Assembly: GCF_009914755.1 (NCBI RefSeq) | Contig: NC_060928.1 | Origin: the human T2T-CHM13v2.0 reference genome, Homo sapiens | Reading direction: 5' to 3' (one strand) | DNA: 64,000 bases | Shown here: piece after piece, positions 14,487 to 28,976 of the stretch | Layout of the letters: each line of letters begins with the position of its first letter | Numbering within the stretch: the first letter of the stretch is position 1 | Position numbers and translations under genes: made by a program | The notes under the pieces: generated by a model | The model's input: the letters and a program-made list of their open reading frames with translations, nothing else | Database searches by the model: none | What the model was told of the DNA's origin: nothing

Positions 14487-14968
14487 TGTATTAGGGTGCT
14501 CTAAAGAGATAGAATGAATAAGATAGATGTATATATTGAAGGGGAGTTTATTAAGGAGTATTGACTCACATGATCACAAGGTGAAGTCCCACAATAGGCC
14601 ATCTGCAAGCTGAGGAGCAGGGAAGCTAGTCCAAGTCCCAAAACCTCAAAAGTAGGGAAGCTGACAGTGCAGCCTTCAGTCGGTGACCAAAAGCCCGAAA
14701 GCCCACTGGTGTAAGTCCAGGAGTCCAAATCTGAAGAACTTGGACTCTCATGTTCGAGGGCAGGAAACATCCAGCTTGGGAGAAAGATGACGGCTGTGGA
14801 AGATTCAGCAAGTCAAGTCCTCCACCTTCTTCTGCCTGCTTTATTCCAGCTGCTCTGGCAGCTGATTAGGTGTTAATCTCCTTTGGCAACACCCTCACCG
14901 ACACACCCAGGAACAATACTTTGCATCCTTCAATCCAATCATGTTAACACTCAATATTAACCACCACA
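14487..14968 (-). mobile_element. MLT2A (HERV-L) solo LTR
   Basis: TG...CA ends, perfect 5-bp TSD ATAAG (14482-14486 / 14969-14973); on - strand begins tgtggtggttaatattgagtgttaacatgattggattgaaggatgcaaagtattg like MLT2A. Confidence 0.9.
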
Positions 14969-16155
14969 ATAAGCAAATATGAATATGGATTCTTATTTAT
15001 TCTCTTCTTCACTGAAGAGTCAGTTTGGTACCTTTTTTGTTTTTTTCAAATTTTATAGTATATCTTGTGTTGCTTTTTATGTCAGTACAAAGAGAGCTTT
15101 CTCCTTTCTTCACTGCTGTATAGTACTCTCTGCATTCTATTGTATGGATGTACTTATAAGAGGACCTTGTATTCTACAGCCCAGCCAAACACAGTCAGAT
15201 GATGCAGATGTCTTACTCATCACACATAGGCTTCCAGCCATCCTGGGATGATAAAGATTTGTCCATAGAAATAATGTACAGTATGCTTTTGAATGAAAAA
15301 AGCAAGTTTTAAGATGGAATTTTCAAAAATATTCTCACTTTTAAAGGAAAACCTATATATTTAAATATAAGCATACAAGTAAATCTGGAAAAATAATCAG
15401 TTATAACAATGGTTATCCTTAGGTGGTTAGAGTTGGTGATTTTCTTTATACATATTTGTATTTCCTATCTTGTCTATAGTGTATTACTTGTAATACATAC
15501 ATATAAATACACATATACACACATACCGCATACATTTATATGTGTTTAGTTTACAAATGTTTCAGCTTAACTCCGAAGCAAGCTGTGTTTCATACTAGTG
15601 TGTTGGGTATATGTTTAATATTTTGTAATGGAAGGACTGAGAAACAGAGTCTAGAAAGAAAGGGAATGGAGTCCCTTTAGCATGAGCTGGCCTGGAGAGA
15701 CTTCATTGGCACTAACTGAGAATGACTGTCTCTCACTGCTTAGTGTTTTCCTGTTAGACTTCACGTGACTTTCACCTTTTGCCCAGGCTGCTTTCTCATG
15801 GTTACGTTGTCCCGGCGTTTTGGGGATCCCTATTACTGGAAATACTTAGGCAGCAAAGAGTTTTATTGAATGGTTGACTTGCTTGTAACGGTTAAGTTTG
15901 GATTTAAATTTCTTCCCTCCTCTTGATGTTGTTTATGATCTCAGCAAATCTCTCTCTAAGCCTCACAAATTTGGACAATAAAACTTTGACATGGTTTTTG
16001 CCTGGAACAACTGAGTTAATGGATGTAAACCAGCCAATATATGGTAAATATTGAATAGTTTTCGCTTATATTTTCTTGAGAGCCTGATATCTGAAGCAGA
16101 AGAGCTTCAGATACGCTTTCATGTTTGGTATGCTTTCAAATAAAATGTAATTTAG

Positions 16156-16536
<381 letters not shown>

Positions 16537-17972
16537 TCCATCTGGCAATTAATAATGAACTTTCCTTCTTCTTAGATGAGAGGAATAGGGGAGGACAGGT
16601 GAAAAGCAAGGAGTCTGGCAATCCTCATTGTCTCAGCTGTACTGGAGGTTGTACTCTGAGCACAGTGCTCTAAATTTCCTGAGCTGTCAAACTGGCAGCT
16701 TCCTCAAAGTTTATGGAAGACAGTTTAAGTATCTGAGTAGTTTTGGGTTCCCAAGAATAATAACACATGGCTGTTATATTTTTTGTTTATATGGGCAAAA
16801 ATTTTAGTCTTTAAACAATGCCCCAGGACTGTGATTATGACATAAAAATGCTCTTTGCTTTGTAGAGTAAAGCAATTTGCTTTGACTTCTATTGACATTG
16901 CAACTGAACTGGTCTTACTTGCTTTATAATTGAATTGCTGCAGATTTCCATCGACCTTTGCAAGAGGTAGAGGTGGTTCCTGGAGTTGTAACCTGATGCC
17001 TATTAGCTGTTGCTATAACTTTATAATGGGGTCTTTATTTTTTGTCATGTGATTGGTTTTAACAGCTGATTCTCTCATCAGCTTTTCCTGGCATGTACTT
17101 TTGGCATATTTTAGCTGTCATAGTAGCTTTTTGGGCAAGCATTATGCTTAATTTCTTTAAATCTTTGGGCAACAGAAAATAAAATGTACTTATTAAGTTT
17201 ATGGCAATTTCATTACATCTTTTCATGCCTTAATGTGACATTTTAATTTATAGTTCAGGAGTTGCCTTTTTAGTTTTGGGGGGAATGCAGAGCTGTATGT
17301 AGTTTTGTTTCTGTGCTTTTGGGATTGTGGAGTAGGAAGCTCTTTTCTTGAGAAGTCACATTTTTCTTTTTCTAGAGAGAATTTCAGATACATTATATTA
17401 GCCAAGTGAATTATTATCTAGCAACTGACTGTCATTCATCTGTACATTATTTGGCTTCATTATAGTTCCCATTTTGTCTTGCCATGTTTCAGAGGGAAAA
17501 TGAAACGGGAGGAGTGAGGTCGTTCTGCCCCTTACCCTGGATGGCATTACTTGAGCTTGCAGTGTAACTGAGAATTGGACTAAGTGGAATTTTAGGAAGC
17601 TCTACCATGCGGCAGTTATAACCTGCATCTCAGTGCACCTGCCCGTGCTGAGAAACACAGTTAGCTTCTTTCCTTAATGGGCAGTTGGCAGGGTTAATGT
17701 CTTAATCTTTCTCCCTTTTTCCCCCTAATGTAAGACTTAAGGAAGATTTTCTGATCAAAGAATCTGGACTTTTTTCTAGCAGTAATCATGCAATACTTAC
17801 TACTCTATGGACAGTAAAGAAGAATTTCCTTTGGATGGTAGGGTAGAGTTGATTTTCTTTTTTAAAAAAGATATCTCTAGGTTCACAGTTTTTAAAAGGT
17901 TTCATTTTAATGTCAAACTTAGTATTCCGTAACCTATCTTTACTATTCTAATTTGTTTAATAAAGGAGCTGC

Positions 17973-17975
<3 letters not shown>

Positions 17976-18014
<39 letters not shown>
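17976..18014. repeat. (TG)n microsatellite, ~19 units
   Basis: Perfect dinucleotide run. Confidence 0.97.
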
Positions 18015-18017
<3 letters not shown>

Positions 18018-18247
18018 CTTTTCCAGTTAAGGAAAACTAATGTATAAGATAATATGATATAATTCCGTGACCTAGGTTTTATAGAGGATGAGAATAAATA
18101 CCTGGGCTGAAAAATATCTCAATTTTAATTTTTATCTTGCTTTGGACTGTTTCTTTCTGTAGATCTTATCTGTTTGGTGCCTCTGTTGATAGTGCTTCAT
18201 GAAGAAAATTATCTCACTCAGTTCCTTAGCCATTTCAGTTGAATTTG

Positions 18248-18620
18248 TGATATGATTTGGTGTGTCCCCGCCCAGATCTCATCTTGAATTGTAGTTCCTA
18301 TAATCCCCACGTGTCGTGGGAAGGACCCAGTGGGAGGTAGTTGAATCGTGGGAGCAGTTACCTCCATGTTGTTATTGTGATAGTGAGTGACTTCTCACGA
18401 GATCTGATGGTTTTATAAGGGGGCTTTCCCCTTTTGCTTGGCACTTCTCCTTCCTGCCATCATGTGTAGAAGGATGTGTTTGCCTCCCCTTCTGCCATGA
18501 TTGTAAGTTTCCTGAGGCCTTCCAGCCATACTGAACTATGAGTCAATTAAACCTCTTTCCTTTATAAATTACCCAGTCTCAGGTATGTCTTTATTAGCAG
18601 CCTAAGAATGGACTGATACA
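18248..18620 (+). mobile_element. THE1C/D (MaLR) solo LTR
   Basis: tgatatg..tggtgtgtcccc..atctcatcttgaattgtagttcc start; caattaaacctctttcctttataaattacccagtctc..taca end; near-TSD atttg/agttg. Confidence 0.9.
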
Positions 18621-19461
18621 AGTTGACTAGCATACGGATAGATGGAGAGGGAGTGCCAGGTTTTCTTTGGCTTGTTAGGGGTTGATTGGGTTTTGGACCT
18701 GACTTTGACCCTTCTCAGCCATGCTGCTCAGACTGCTCTGTGTGTACTGGTCATTCCATGTATAGATTACAACTTCTAGGTAGATGAGGTCCTGGAACAC
18801 CATGACATTTTGGTCCAGCCAAGCATCTGGGTAAGCTGTGAAGAAACAAGGCTGTTCAGTTTTCTTCAAAAACTGAGGAATGAGCTACTTGGAAAAAAAA
18901 CAGTCTTAGATAATCCAGCTAGGTGAGATAGGTGGTTTTTCTGTGTTCTTTGGTCATGATCTTTTTCAGTTTCCCTCAGTCTTATGGTAACTTTGGGGAT
19001 CTGGTCACCCAGTTTCTGAAAGCTAATAATTATTGGAGTACTAGTGACAAGATGCAAAATCAAAATTTTGGACAAAACTGTAATCCTGCCTTTGGGGCAG
19101 TAAGAAATCATAAGCTGTTCTGGAAGTCATGCTCCTTTCCTCAGAATTGGAAGTCTTGAATGTTCCACTGTCCATGACAAACTGCTGCCCCAGTAGTTTC
19201 AAAACAAGTGGATGTTATGATGTACTTCTAAGTCTTGGGTAGGGAGGAAGAGGCTGTGGACAACTAAAGCATCTTTGGATGTCCTTGTTAAAACAGAATG
19301 CCATACAAGATGAGTCATTGTTCTGATCCAATATGACAGTCTGAGATGTCTCTTTTTGCAGGGAGTAAGTAGGATACTTTGACCTGTATGTACCACATTT
19401 GAGGAAACAGTATGGTGCACTCTACTCTTCCCAGGCACTAGATCATTAAAGAATGGATGTT

Positions 19462-19772
<311 letters not shown>

Positions 19773-21274
19773 TCAGCTATATCCTTTGATCTCTGTCAAT
19801 CTTAAAATTCAATTGTTGGTTCCATCTCATATGCTGGCTGAAGCTTTTCACCAGCTCCTAGACAGATTTAACTTTATTTATATAGGTCACCTCTGGATTC
19901 ATTGTTAAGAATTAGGTTTTATTTACAACATCAAGTCCAAAAACATTTGAACTGGGGTAGGAAAATACAAATTTTGGTTTATTTTAGTTTTCACTATTCA
20001 GTGTAGCATTAGGTACTACTTTTTGACATGGTATAGCAACCCAGACTTTATTTTAGCAGAGTAGAAATTATGCTAGAATATATATGAAATGAGTTTGGCA
20101 GTTCTGTTTCTTGGTACTAGATACCACTCTCCTTTTCAGTGGCCTGAATGTCCTGGGTAACATTAGGAGGAAAGGCTGCCATGGTTAGGAGATTTTATTG
20201 TCATAGTATTTGCCATGTGGTAGAAATTAGGACATGACTATCTCATGCTTAGTTCAAAGATTATGTTTTAAACAGGCTTATACTAATTAGCCAAACAAAA
20301 CTCTCATCCTACTGCAACATTTTATAATCCCCCCCATTTCAGGTTCTTCCTGTAGATTTTCTTCTCAGAGCTGTTAGTCTGCCACTGTGACTTTTACCCA
20401 GAGGTGTTGATTCTTGAGGGTATCCTTTCTCCTCCCCTACCTCCTGAACCCTCGTCTTCCAATACAGACATTCAGCCACATTGTGGTTGCTTTAGTCCTC
20501 CTTGGGTACAGCATCATTAGAAGAGACACATCATTTGGGCAGAGAAGCCACTGAAATACTCAAAGCAAGAGATTATTGGTTTTGATTGGGTGGCCCTATT
20601 TAAAAGATAGAAAATGCAGGGTGACAGGAGGATGAATTCAGGCACAAGGGGATATAGGGGCATGAGGTGGATGTTAATTGGAGCAGTTGTGCTCACCCTC
20701 CGCTGGTGAAAGAGTTCATTTAATTTTGGTTGAAGTCTGTTTTTCCCTTAATGAATTTTGATACAATTGCTGCCTTCTCTTCAAAGAAGCAAATGTTCTT
20801 CTGCTTTTTAAAATGACAGTTTTTTTTGTTTCTAAAGTGGTGCCTTTGTTTTGAAACTTAGTGTTATTTCTCTGTTACTTTCTTAAACTATATTTCTCTC
20901 CCCACTTCCAATAAGACAAATAATTTAATGGGCTATCAACTCCCTCTGATCTACCCACCCCCACCATGTTGGTATTTTCCAGAATTTCAGTTCTGGATTA
21001 TTTTGGTTATGTTATTTTCCTTTTCTTTTGTCTTAGATTTTTTAAAAGACAACAATGGACATGATCAAGTTAGCTGAACATCTTATATTGCTTCTTTTAT
21101 TTAAATACTTAAGGAATTTCTCTGAGAGTGTTATCAGTATAGTTCTTCGTGTGGCCATCCTTTGGGGATTTTTATATCTGGTAATAGTTTTATTATGCCC
21201 TCACATTTGAAGGCAGTTTGAATATATAATTCTCTGCTCAAATTTTTTTTCTTTAATACTTTAAGAATACTACT

Positions 21275-21278
<4 letters not shown>

Positions 21279-21307
<29 letters not shown>

Positions 21308-21509
21308 GAGATAGAGTCTCACTCTGTAGCCTATACCATTACAGGCACCCACCACCACGCCTGGCTAATTTTTTTTTCTTTGTATTTTTAGTAAAGACGA
21401 GGTTTCACTGTGTTGGCCAGGCTGATCTCGAATTCTGGACCTCCAGTGATCTGCCCACCTCTACCTCCCAAAGTGCTGGGATTACAGGTGTGAGTCACCA
21501 CACCCGGCC
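21279..21509 (-). mobile_element. Alu with internal deletion of most of the right arm, within old L1M-like sequence
   Basis: gagatagagtctcactctgtagc jumps to attacaggc; TSD a(ag/gg)atactacttcaattt. Confidence 0.9.
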
Positions 21510-22224
21510 TAGGATACTACTTCAATTTCCTTCTGCACTTAGCATTGCTGTTGAGAAGTCTGATGCCAATCTGATTCTTTTTCTTTTTATATGATCTGCT
21601 TTTTCCATATGGGTGCTTTTTTCTTTGTATTTGATATTATTAAATGTTAAAATAATATGTCTTACGTGCAGGATTTTCCTTACTCCTCTGTTTGGCACTC
21701 TCAGTCCTTTATAATTGAGGTCTTTGATGTTTCTTTAATTTTGAGACTTTGATTATTATTTAAATATTTCCTCCTCTGAATTTGTTTCTGGGATCTAGAT
21801 TCTGGCAATTTCACTTCTATTCTCTATATTACAAATCTCTAAATCTCTGAGTTTTCTTATTCATTGAGTTTGCTGTCTTAGTTTTCTGTTTTTAGAAGTT
21901 CTCATTTACAAGTCCATGGTGAAGGAGGATTTTTTTGTGTGTATGCATGGTTAGGGTGTGTTGGATCCATCTTCTCCCCTTTCTTTTCACTGTCTGGCTA
22001 TTGCCTCCACTGGGGTCACCTAGGTGCTGGTTCAGAGCCAGGTCTATTATTGCCAGCACAATGTTCTTGTCCTTGGGATAGGCCAAATCATCCCCCAGGC
22101 AAGTGGGGAACTTGGTTATAGGTTCTTGGCCTCCATCTAGGGTGGAGGGCTTCTCCCAGTCCCTATTTCCACATGAAGAGCCTGGCTGTAGCCCCTCTGC
22201 CCCATGCTTGGTATATTATTATAG

Positions 22225-22551
<327 letters not shown>

Positions 22552-23859
22552 AGAACCCTGCAGGGTTTAAATGTCTAGGTGGTTCTGTTGGTTTCAGTTG
22601 GTCTTGGAACCATAAACCTTTGGCTAATGGTCCCTCTGGTTGTTTCTTTTTTGTTTCTGTTCGACAGAAATGTGTAACAAGTTTATCAGGGAAGTTATGT
22701 ATTTTTATTTATTAAAAAAGATTTGGGGGGGGTTATTTGGTGTATGTGTGAGGGAGAGGTAGGTTTCTCCTTAATATTCCGTCTTGGCTGAACATTTTCT
22801 GAATGAACTTTATCACAAGAGTGTTTCTGTGTTATAATTGCAGTTACTTTGTTCTCAGCAAAACTTTCTTTTGATCCTATTAACTACTTGTTAATTAGAA
22901 GTAACTAAGTTTATTCTGATCTGACAGGAAGAGTATTTGTATACCAAAGTAGGTTTCAGCGTCCCCCAGCTAGCCAAATGCATGACTGTGAGGTTTGCTT
23001 AAATTAAATTCAACTAATATATTAGATCTTTTCTTTTTATGCATTTTTCTTTCCTCTTTTCTGTCTTCTCCTTTTCTTCCTTACTCCTGCTAATACATAA
23101 GCTAGATGTTTAAGAATGAGGAGCATGGGATAGCTTTGCTGATGTGGGAATGGTCCATCTGTGAGGAATAACAGAAACTGTCTGTGATTTTATACCATGC
23201 CCAAAAAATCTTCAGCTACGTGGAAGAACAGCAGGGAAGGGATTTCAGGGGGGAACTATCTCTGACGTAACTGTTAGGAAATATATTTGAAAGGAGACAA
23301 AGAAGAAATGAATGAAATGGCAGGGAAGCCCAAAGCTTTATTCCTTCCAACAATCCAAAAGCAGTTCTGTTCAAGTGAAATGACCAGAAAATGAATGAAG
23401 AGAACAGTTTGTCATCATCACAACAAAAAGTTAAACTACCTGAAGTGTAAAAGCTTATCATTAGATTAAAATAAGATATAAACATCCTCTAAATTATTAG
23501 AAATGGTAGAATTATCAAGCTCTTGTTTCCTCCTCTTGGTCTAATTTTCTGCCAATCTTTGAAGATGATTTTAGTCTGTCCTGAAAATAAAGCACTTGTT
23601 CATGTGCTCAGGCTCATAAAAAATCAGATTAAGTGAAATGTGGTAGCTATCACCAAAGACATGTCCTCTTGACCAATTGTGGTCAGTTTTTATGAGAATT
23701 GATGTTTGTTCAGGAATCCTAAATATTTGCAAAAGAACACTGTGTTGTATTTAAAACAACAAAACAACAACAATATTGCTTTAAAGAAAAGCCAGCTCTC
23801 TTGGCCGGGAGATCCCTCAACGTTCTTTTACTTTTCCGCATCTTCTTCCTTGCTCTCTC

Positions 23860-24722
23860 CATCCAGTGCTGTGACTTCAACTCTCTGTGCGTGACTTTCA
23901 GATCAATAAAACTATCCCAGGCTTCTCTTCTGAGCTCTAGGGTTGTATAAGCAACTCTCCCTTAGATACTGCCACGTGGATTTTTTATTGACACCCCAAA
24001 CCCAACATGCCTACAACCGGTCTTATTATCTCCCTCACCCAGTATGCTCCTTGTTTTTTTATTCCCTATTTCAGTTAATGATTCTACCATACACCCAGTT
24101 CCTAAGCCATGAACCTGAGGCTCATCTTAAGTTTCTCTCTCACCCTTCACCTTTGTTCACTGAGTTCTAATGACTGTCATAACTGAATATCTTTTGAAGC
24201 TGTTCTCCAGATCGTATCACTTCCCTGCTTAATCCCTGCAATACCTTCCCAGTGTCTGCAGAGTAAATTCATATGCCTTTACATTAGATACAAAGTTCTT
24301 TACCCTACATCATGCACCTGCTTTCTGCATTTGACCCTGTTCTCCAACAAAATCCAACAACTACTGTGGCTCTGAAAATGGCCACATGCTCTCCTGTTTC
24401 TTTTCTTTCAGTTTTGATACTTTCTCGACCAGAGGCTTTTTCCTTGAAACTGGCAATAATTTCTTCCCTTTCCTGTTGCTGCACTCCCACCTGTCTTTCG
24501 CTCCTGACACTGGTAACTCTGAAAACTCCTTTTTCTGGGTCTGAAAGCTCCTTGACATAACCATATTACAGCAAACACCACCTTGTTTGTCTTTGCCTGT
24601 CTTCTGCATTATACTCTGGGCATCTTTGGGTTAGGGACTGCTTGTCTGCCTGTATAATTCAGCATCTGTGGTATGCCTTTGTACATAAGGAGAAGCTCAG
24701 TAAATGCTAGTTGGGTGAATAA
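23860..24722 (+). mobile_element. L2 LINE remnant (3' part)
   Basis: Pyrimidine-rich degenerate L2 body ending ctcagtaaatgctagttgggtgaat. Confidence 0.6.
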
Positions 24723-25406
24723 AGTGGATTAGAGATGCTTGTGGCTCAAAACGGGAGAGGATGAGAATCCAAAACTGTGTGCAGGTTTTGTAAGAATATG
24801 TTGGGGTCTTCAGATTTTTTTTCCCTCCTCAATTTGTAGAGGCAGTGGCTCTCCATGCTGATGCTATTTCTTGTGGCAGTGGCAGTCCTGATGACTCCTG
24901 GATTGCCTGGCACTGCTTTGTGTTCTCTAAGGCTTCCCAAGACCAAGACGTGGTCTGCACCCTGACAAAATGTACAAGGGAAATGGGCACCTAAAACCAG
25001 GTTATAAAACCAGTATATGATGGCGAAATGCAAAATTGATGGCTGCAGACAGCTCTGAGAAAGGAGAAAAGAATCAGGAGAGGAGGGGTTTGGCAAGTAC
25101 CTTGTGGGAGTTAAATCTGAGGATGCTGCAAGGAAGTCATTTTCTCTTCTAATCGGCGGTAGTTCATTTTCCAGAGTGTCTTAGAGTCTGTTCATAAATC
25201 CTTTGGTACCATTTTTGTTCACTCACTGGAACAACCTTTTTACCCAGAGGTGATTTGTCTGTTTGTAGATGCCTGTTAAAGGGTAACACCTAAGGGAAGA
25301 GATTGTGTGATCACTCAGAAGAAATGATAGGTGAAAAATAATGAGTGTATCTGACTTTAATTCTCAATTTTAAGTTAGCTTTGTGGGATTTAAAATCTTT
25401 ATTCCC

Positions 25407-25520
25407 AGCCAGGGGTGGTGGCTCATACTTGTAATCCGAACACTTTGAGAAGTCAAGACAGGAGAATCACTTGAACCTAGAAGTCCGAGACCAAGCTGGA
25501 CAACATAGGGAGACCCTCTC

Positions 25521-25523
<3 letters not shown>
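25407..25523 (+). mobile_element. FLAM / Alu left monomer
   Basis: agccaggggtggtggctcatacttgtaatc...agaccctctctct. Confidence 0.85.
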
Positions 25524-25524
<1 letters not shown>

Positions 25525-25581
<57 letters not shown>

Positions 25582-25725
25582 AGGTGTATAAATATAGATA
25601 TGTAAGTATATAGGAAAAATGTATAAGGAAAAATGTATATGCATTTTTCATATATATATGTGTATATATATGTATATATGTATATATATGTGTATATATA
25701 TGTATATATATATGTATATATATAT
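25525..25725. repeat. (AT)n microsatellite plus degenerate (TATATG)n region derived from the FLAM tail
   Basis: ~27 perfect AT units followed by TA/TG low-complexity sequence. Confidence 0.95.
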
Positions 25726-27038
25726 GCATTCATTCCAGAAGTTGTTGAACATAGAATATTTTTTAAGTTTTATTATTTTCATAGTAGTTAAAAAATGCTA
25801 ATTTGATTTTTGGTTAACTAAAGTTTCAGAAATGGTTGTGAGTATTTAATGTTTGTGTACCTGATGATTTATTCTCCCTCAAATTCAGTGATTCTCTCAA
25901 GTAGGTAAGCTCATTCCTGAACAGTGAAGGAGGAAGGAACTCTATACACTTGGAAAGTAGGGTGAAGTGTCTTCTCCTTTGATCAGGCTGTGTCAACATT
26001 CCCTTCTACCAATGTTATTTTCACTTGAGGGTTCAAATTGCCACTGTTTGGCAGGAAGGAAGAGAGAACTCTCTTAATAGAATGTGATTTAATATGTTGA
26101 ATGACAATTTGTGCTGTGTCAGTCTGCTTGGGAAAAGGATTAGAGGCAGTGTAAATGATCTGCTCTATCTGGTTGTAAAAACATTTCAGGCATCTTTCAA
26201 AAGTAACATTAAACCCCTGGTCTCCAGTTCCCCAAAGTTGCTTCTCATTGACAGGTTTCTCTCGGTAGGAGTAAGTCAGGGAATAAACCGGTCCCAGACT
26301 CTCCTTTGCTGCTTCTGCCATGTCATGCCTTGCCCAACTGTCAGGGCACACAGCCCAGGGAGGACTGAGGGCCTGGGTCCAGCCTCCTGCAGCCAGGGAG
26401 CTGCTGGCATCTGACTTGCTGTGAAGGTGATCCTGTTCTGCTTCAGAACTGATGACAGTTTGCTATGTCTAGCTGAGCACTGAGGGCAGCCGTCATGCCA
26501 GGTCAATGTTCAGGTTTACTCTGGACTCCGTTCTGGGGTTCCATTTGAGATTCTCTTAATTTTGAGGGGAGTCATTGCTCATGATGAATGAAAGACACAG
26601 GGAGGGGCTGGGGAAAGCTGGAGGCCAGCCCCTCGCGTCACTTGGGCTCTTTCACAGAAAAGAACTGGACGGAGTTGAGCTCGCTGGGCACAGGGGATGA
26701 TGTGGTCTTTGTTCCAAAGTGGATGGATCCCAGAAAGAAAATACATTAAAAGGAAATCATAGCAGTGGTCTACCAGTGGGTTTTGGTCCATTTGCCTGAA
26801 AATTGGCCCTTCTATTGGCGCTGAGTTTCTCCAATTAGCTAAACGTTTTTTGTGGTGAAGCGCTGTGGAAAAAGTGGCTTCACTGAAAGAGCAATCATAG
26901 TCTTCTAGACTTTATAAATAGACTCAGACAAGAAGAACTGCCCTGTGGAGATACGGTTCATCTCTTGCTCAGCCATCTCCCCCACCCTCCCCGGGAACAC
27001 ACTTATGAAATAAAGAGCTCAGAAAACTCTTCCTTGGA

Positions 27039-27076
27039 GTTTCAGTGGTACAGTTGGTTAGTGTGCAGCACTTAAA
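27039..27076 (+). pseudogene. Tailless 5'-half tRNA-Ile(TAT)-like retropseudogene
   Basis: 27/38 identity to the recalled tRNA-Ile-TAT 5' exon GCTCCAGTGGCGCAATCGGTTAGCGCGCGGTACTTATA, 6 of 11 mismatches at CpG; flanking direct repeats cagaaaactcttc (27020-27032) and cagaaacctcttc (27077-27089). Confidence 0.72.
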
Positions 27077-27366
27077 CAGAAACCTCTTCTTAACAGAATG
27101 TTCTGCACAGTGTCCTCCAGGGGTCCCCCTCAATACTCACCATAAACAATTTCTTCTTCCAGCCATCACCACCATCTCTAACTCCTGCTTGTCTGGATTC
27201 AGTTGTTCTAGATCTCCATTTCTGAGATTTTCTCTCTTAACCCTTAGTTGTAAGCTGGGTCAGGAGTCAATAATAATTATTTTGTACAATCAGTTTTCAA
27301 GATTCCCCTGGAGTCTGGGGAGCTAGCTTAATCAGAGCCTGGAATTTCTCTTATGCTTCGTTTTTA

Positions 27367-27699
<333 letters not shown>

Positions 27700-28816
27700 C
27701 TAAGATGTTTTTTGAGAGCAAGGTCCTTGCTGTTGCTGGTGTTCTTGCTTGCTTTGTTTCTAGGACCTGGGAGTGAGGAAACGTGAAGCTTTAATCAGCT
27801 ACAAGCTGTTGGGGGCTGGGGTTATGGACCTCTATGTGTGTCACATTTGCTTCCATAGCAGTTTAGGACCATCACCTATAAAATTAAGGCCAAGTCAGTG
27901 CCATCTTTGTAGAACATTGCTGCCTCTGCAGGGTTGCCTGGAGCAGTTAAAATTTAATGGGGACTGAGGATTAGGCCAAAGGGCCAAGCCTTGATGGGTG
28001 CAGATCAGGTGCATTTTATGGTAGCTGGGAGGACTGTGAAAGCAAGAAGACCAATAGAGGGAAATAACTGCTCTTGTGAGCTCTCTTGTCCGTCTTCTGC
28101 ATTTTCTACCCAAGCCCACAATGTATACAAATATTATACTAAACATATTTAATAAAATGGTCCCCTGTGAATGGATACATTGTGCAACTCATTTAAAAAA
28201 AAATTTAGCTTTGGTTTAAATTCATCGTGTGGCATTACCACAAAAGCCTAACTCTCTTGTAGTACCCTCCCTGATATCCAAAGGGAAATGGAAGTTTGTC
28301 TATGTGTGGGATTTTAATGTTGGGGTATTAGAAATTATAATCCAAGATACCAGCTCAGTAAGACAAGTCCCTTTTAGAGTTGTCTAATTTATTATGCACT
28401 AAATGGCAACTGAGAATGACTTAAAGAACCAATAGGTGACCAGAAAGGAAGAGGTTGGACCCCACAGGGCTGGTGTGCTGCTTGGAGCTATTCTTGATTT
28501 CATTGGTTTATACCTGGACTCCGTATAGTGAGGAAGTCATTGTGGCTGCCATTATGCCTTTTATCTTCCATTATCTGATTTTGATCATTGTGTTTTCTTG
28601 TAAGGAAAACATTCCTCGCTGTGTATTATCTGTGGTTTATTTTAAGCATCTTTGATTAAAAAAAATGTAAAGACAGGACACCCAGATACTGTCAGGCTGA
28701 ACTGTAAATGTAATTTTATCATTTGATTGACTAATCAAGTAACACCATATAATTATTAGTGGAGTTTTTTCTTCTCCAGGTATTTGTTTGATATTCAATG
28801 CTTTTTTTCCTCCTAG

Positions 28817-28976
28817 GTGACAATCCTTACCCTTCCAAGGAGGACACCCCTACCAGCAGTCTGGACTCACTTTCCTCCCCGTCTCCCGTGACTACAGCTG
28901 TCCCTGGGCCTCCTGGACCAGACAAAAACCACCTTCTGGCAGATGGAGGGAGCTTTGGAGACTGGGCATCCACTAT
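28817..28976 (+). CDS. ARHGAP10: ARHGAP10 coding exon (GDNPYPSKEDTPTSS...GDWAST-I), 160 nt, phase 1->2
   Basis: Polypyrimidine tract ctttttttcctcctag; donor AT|GTAAGT; open frame; phases match both neighbours. Confidence 0.95.

Noticed and set aside
27090-27104. Possible GRE/MRE (ttaacagaatgttct) suggesting NR3C2 autoregulation
   Set aside because: Only one good half-site; such matches are expected by chance in 64 kb
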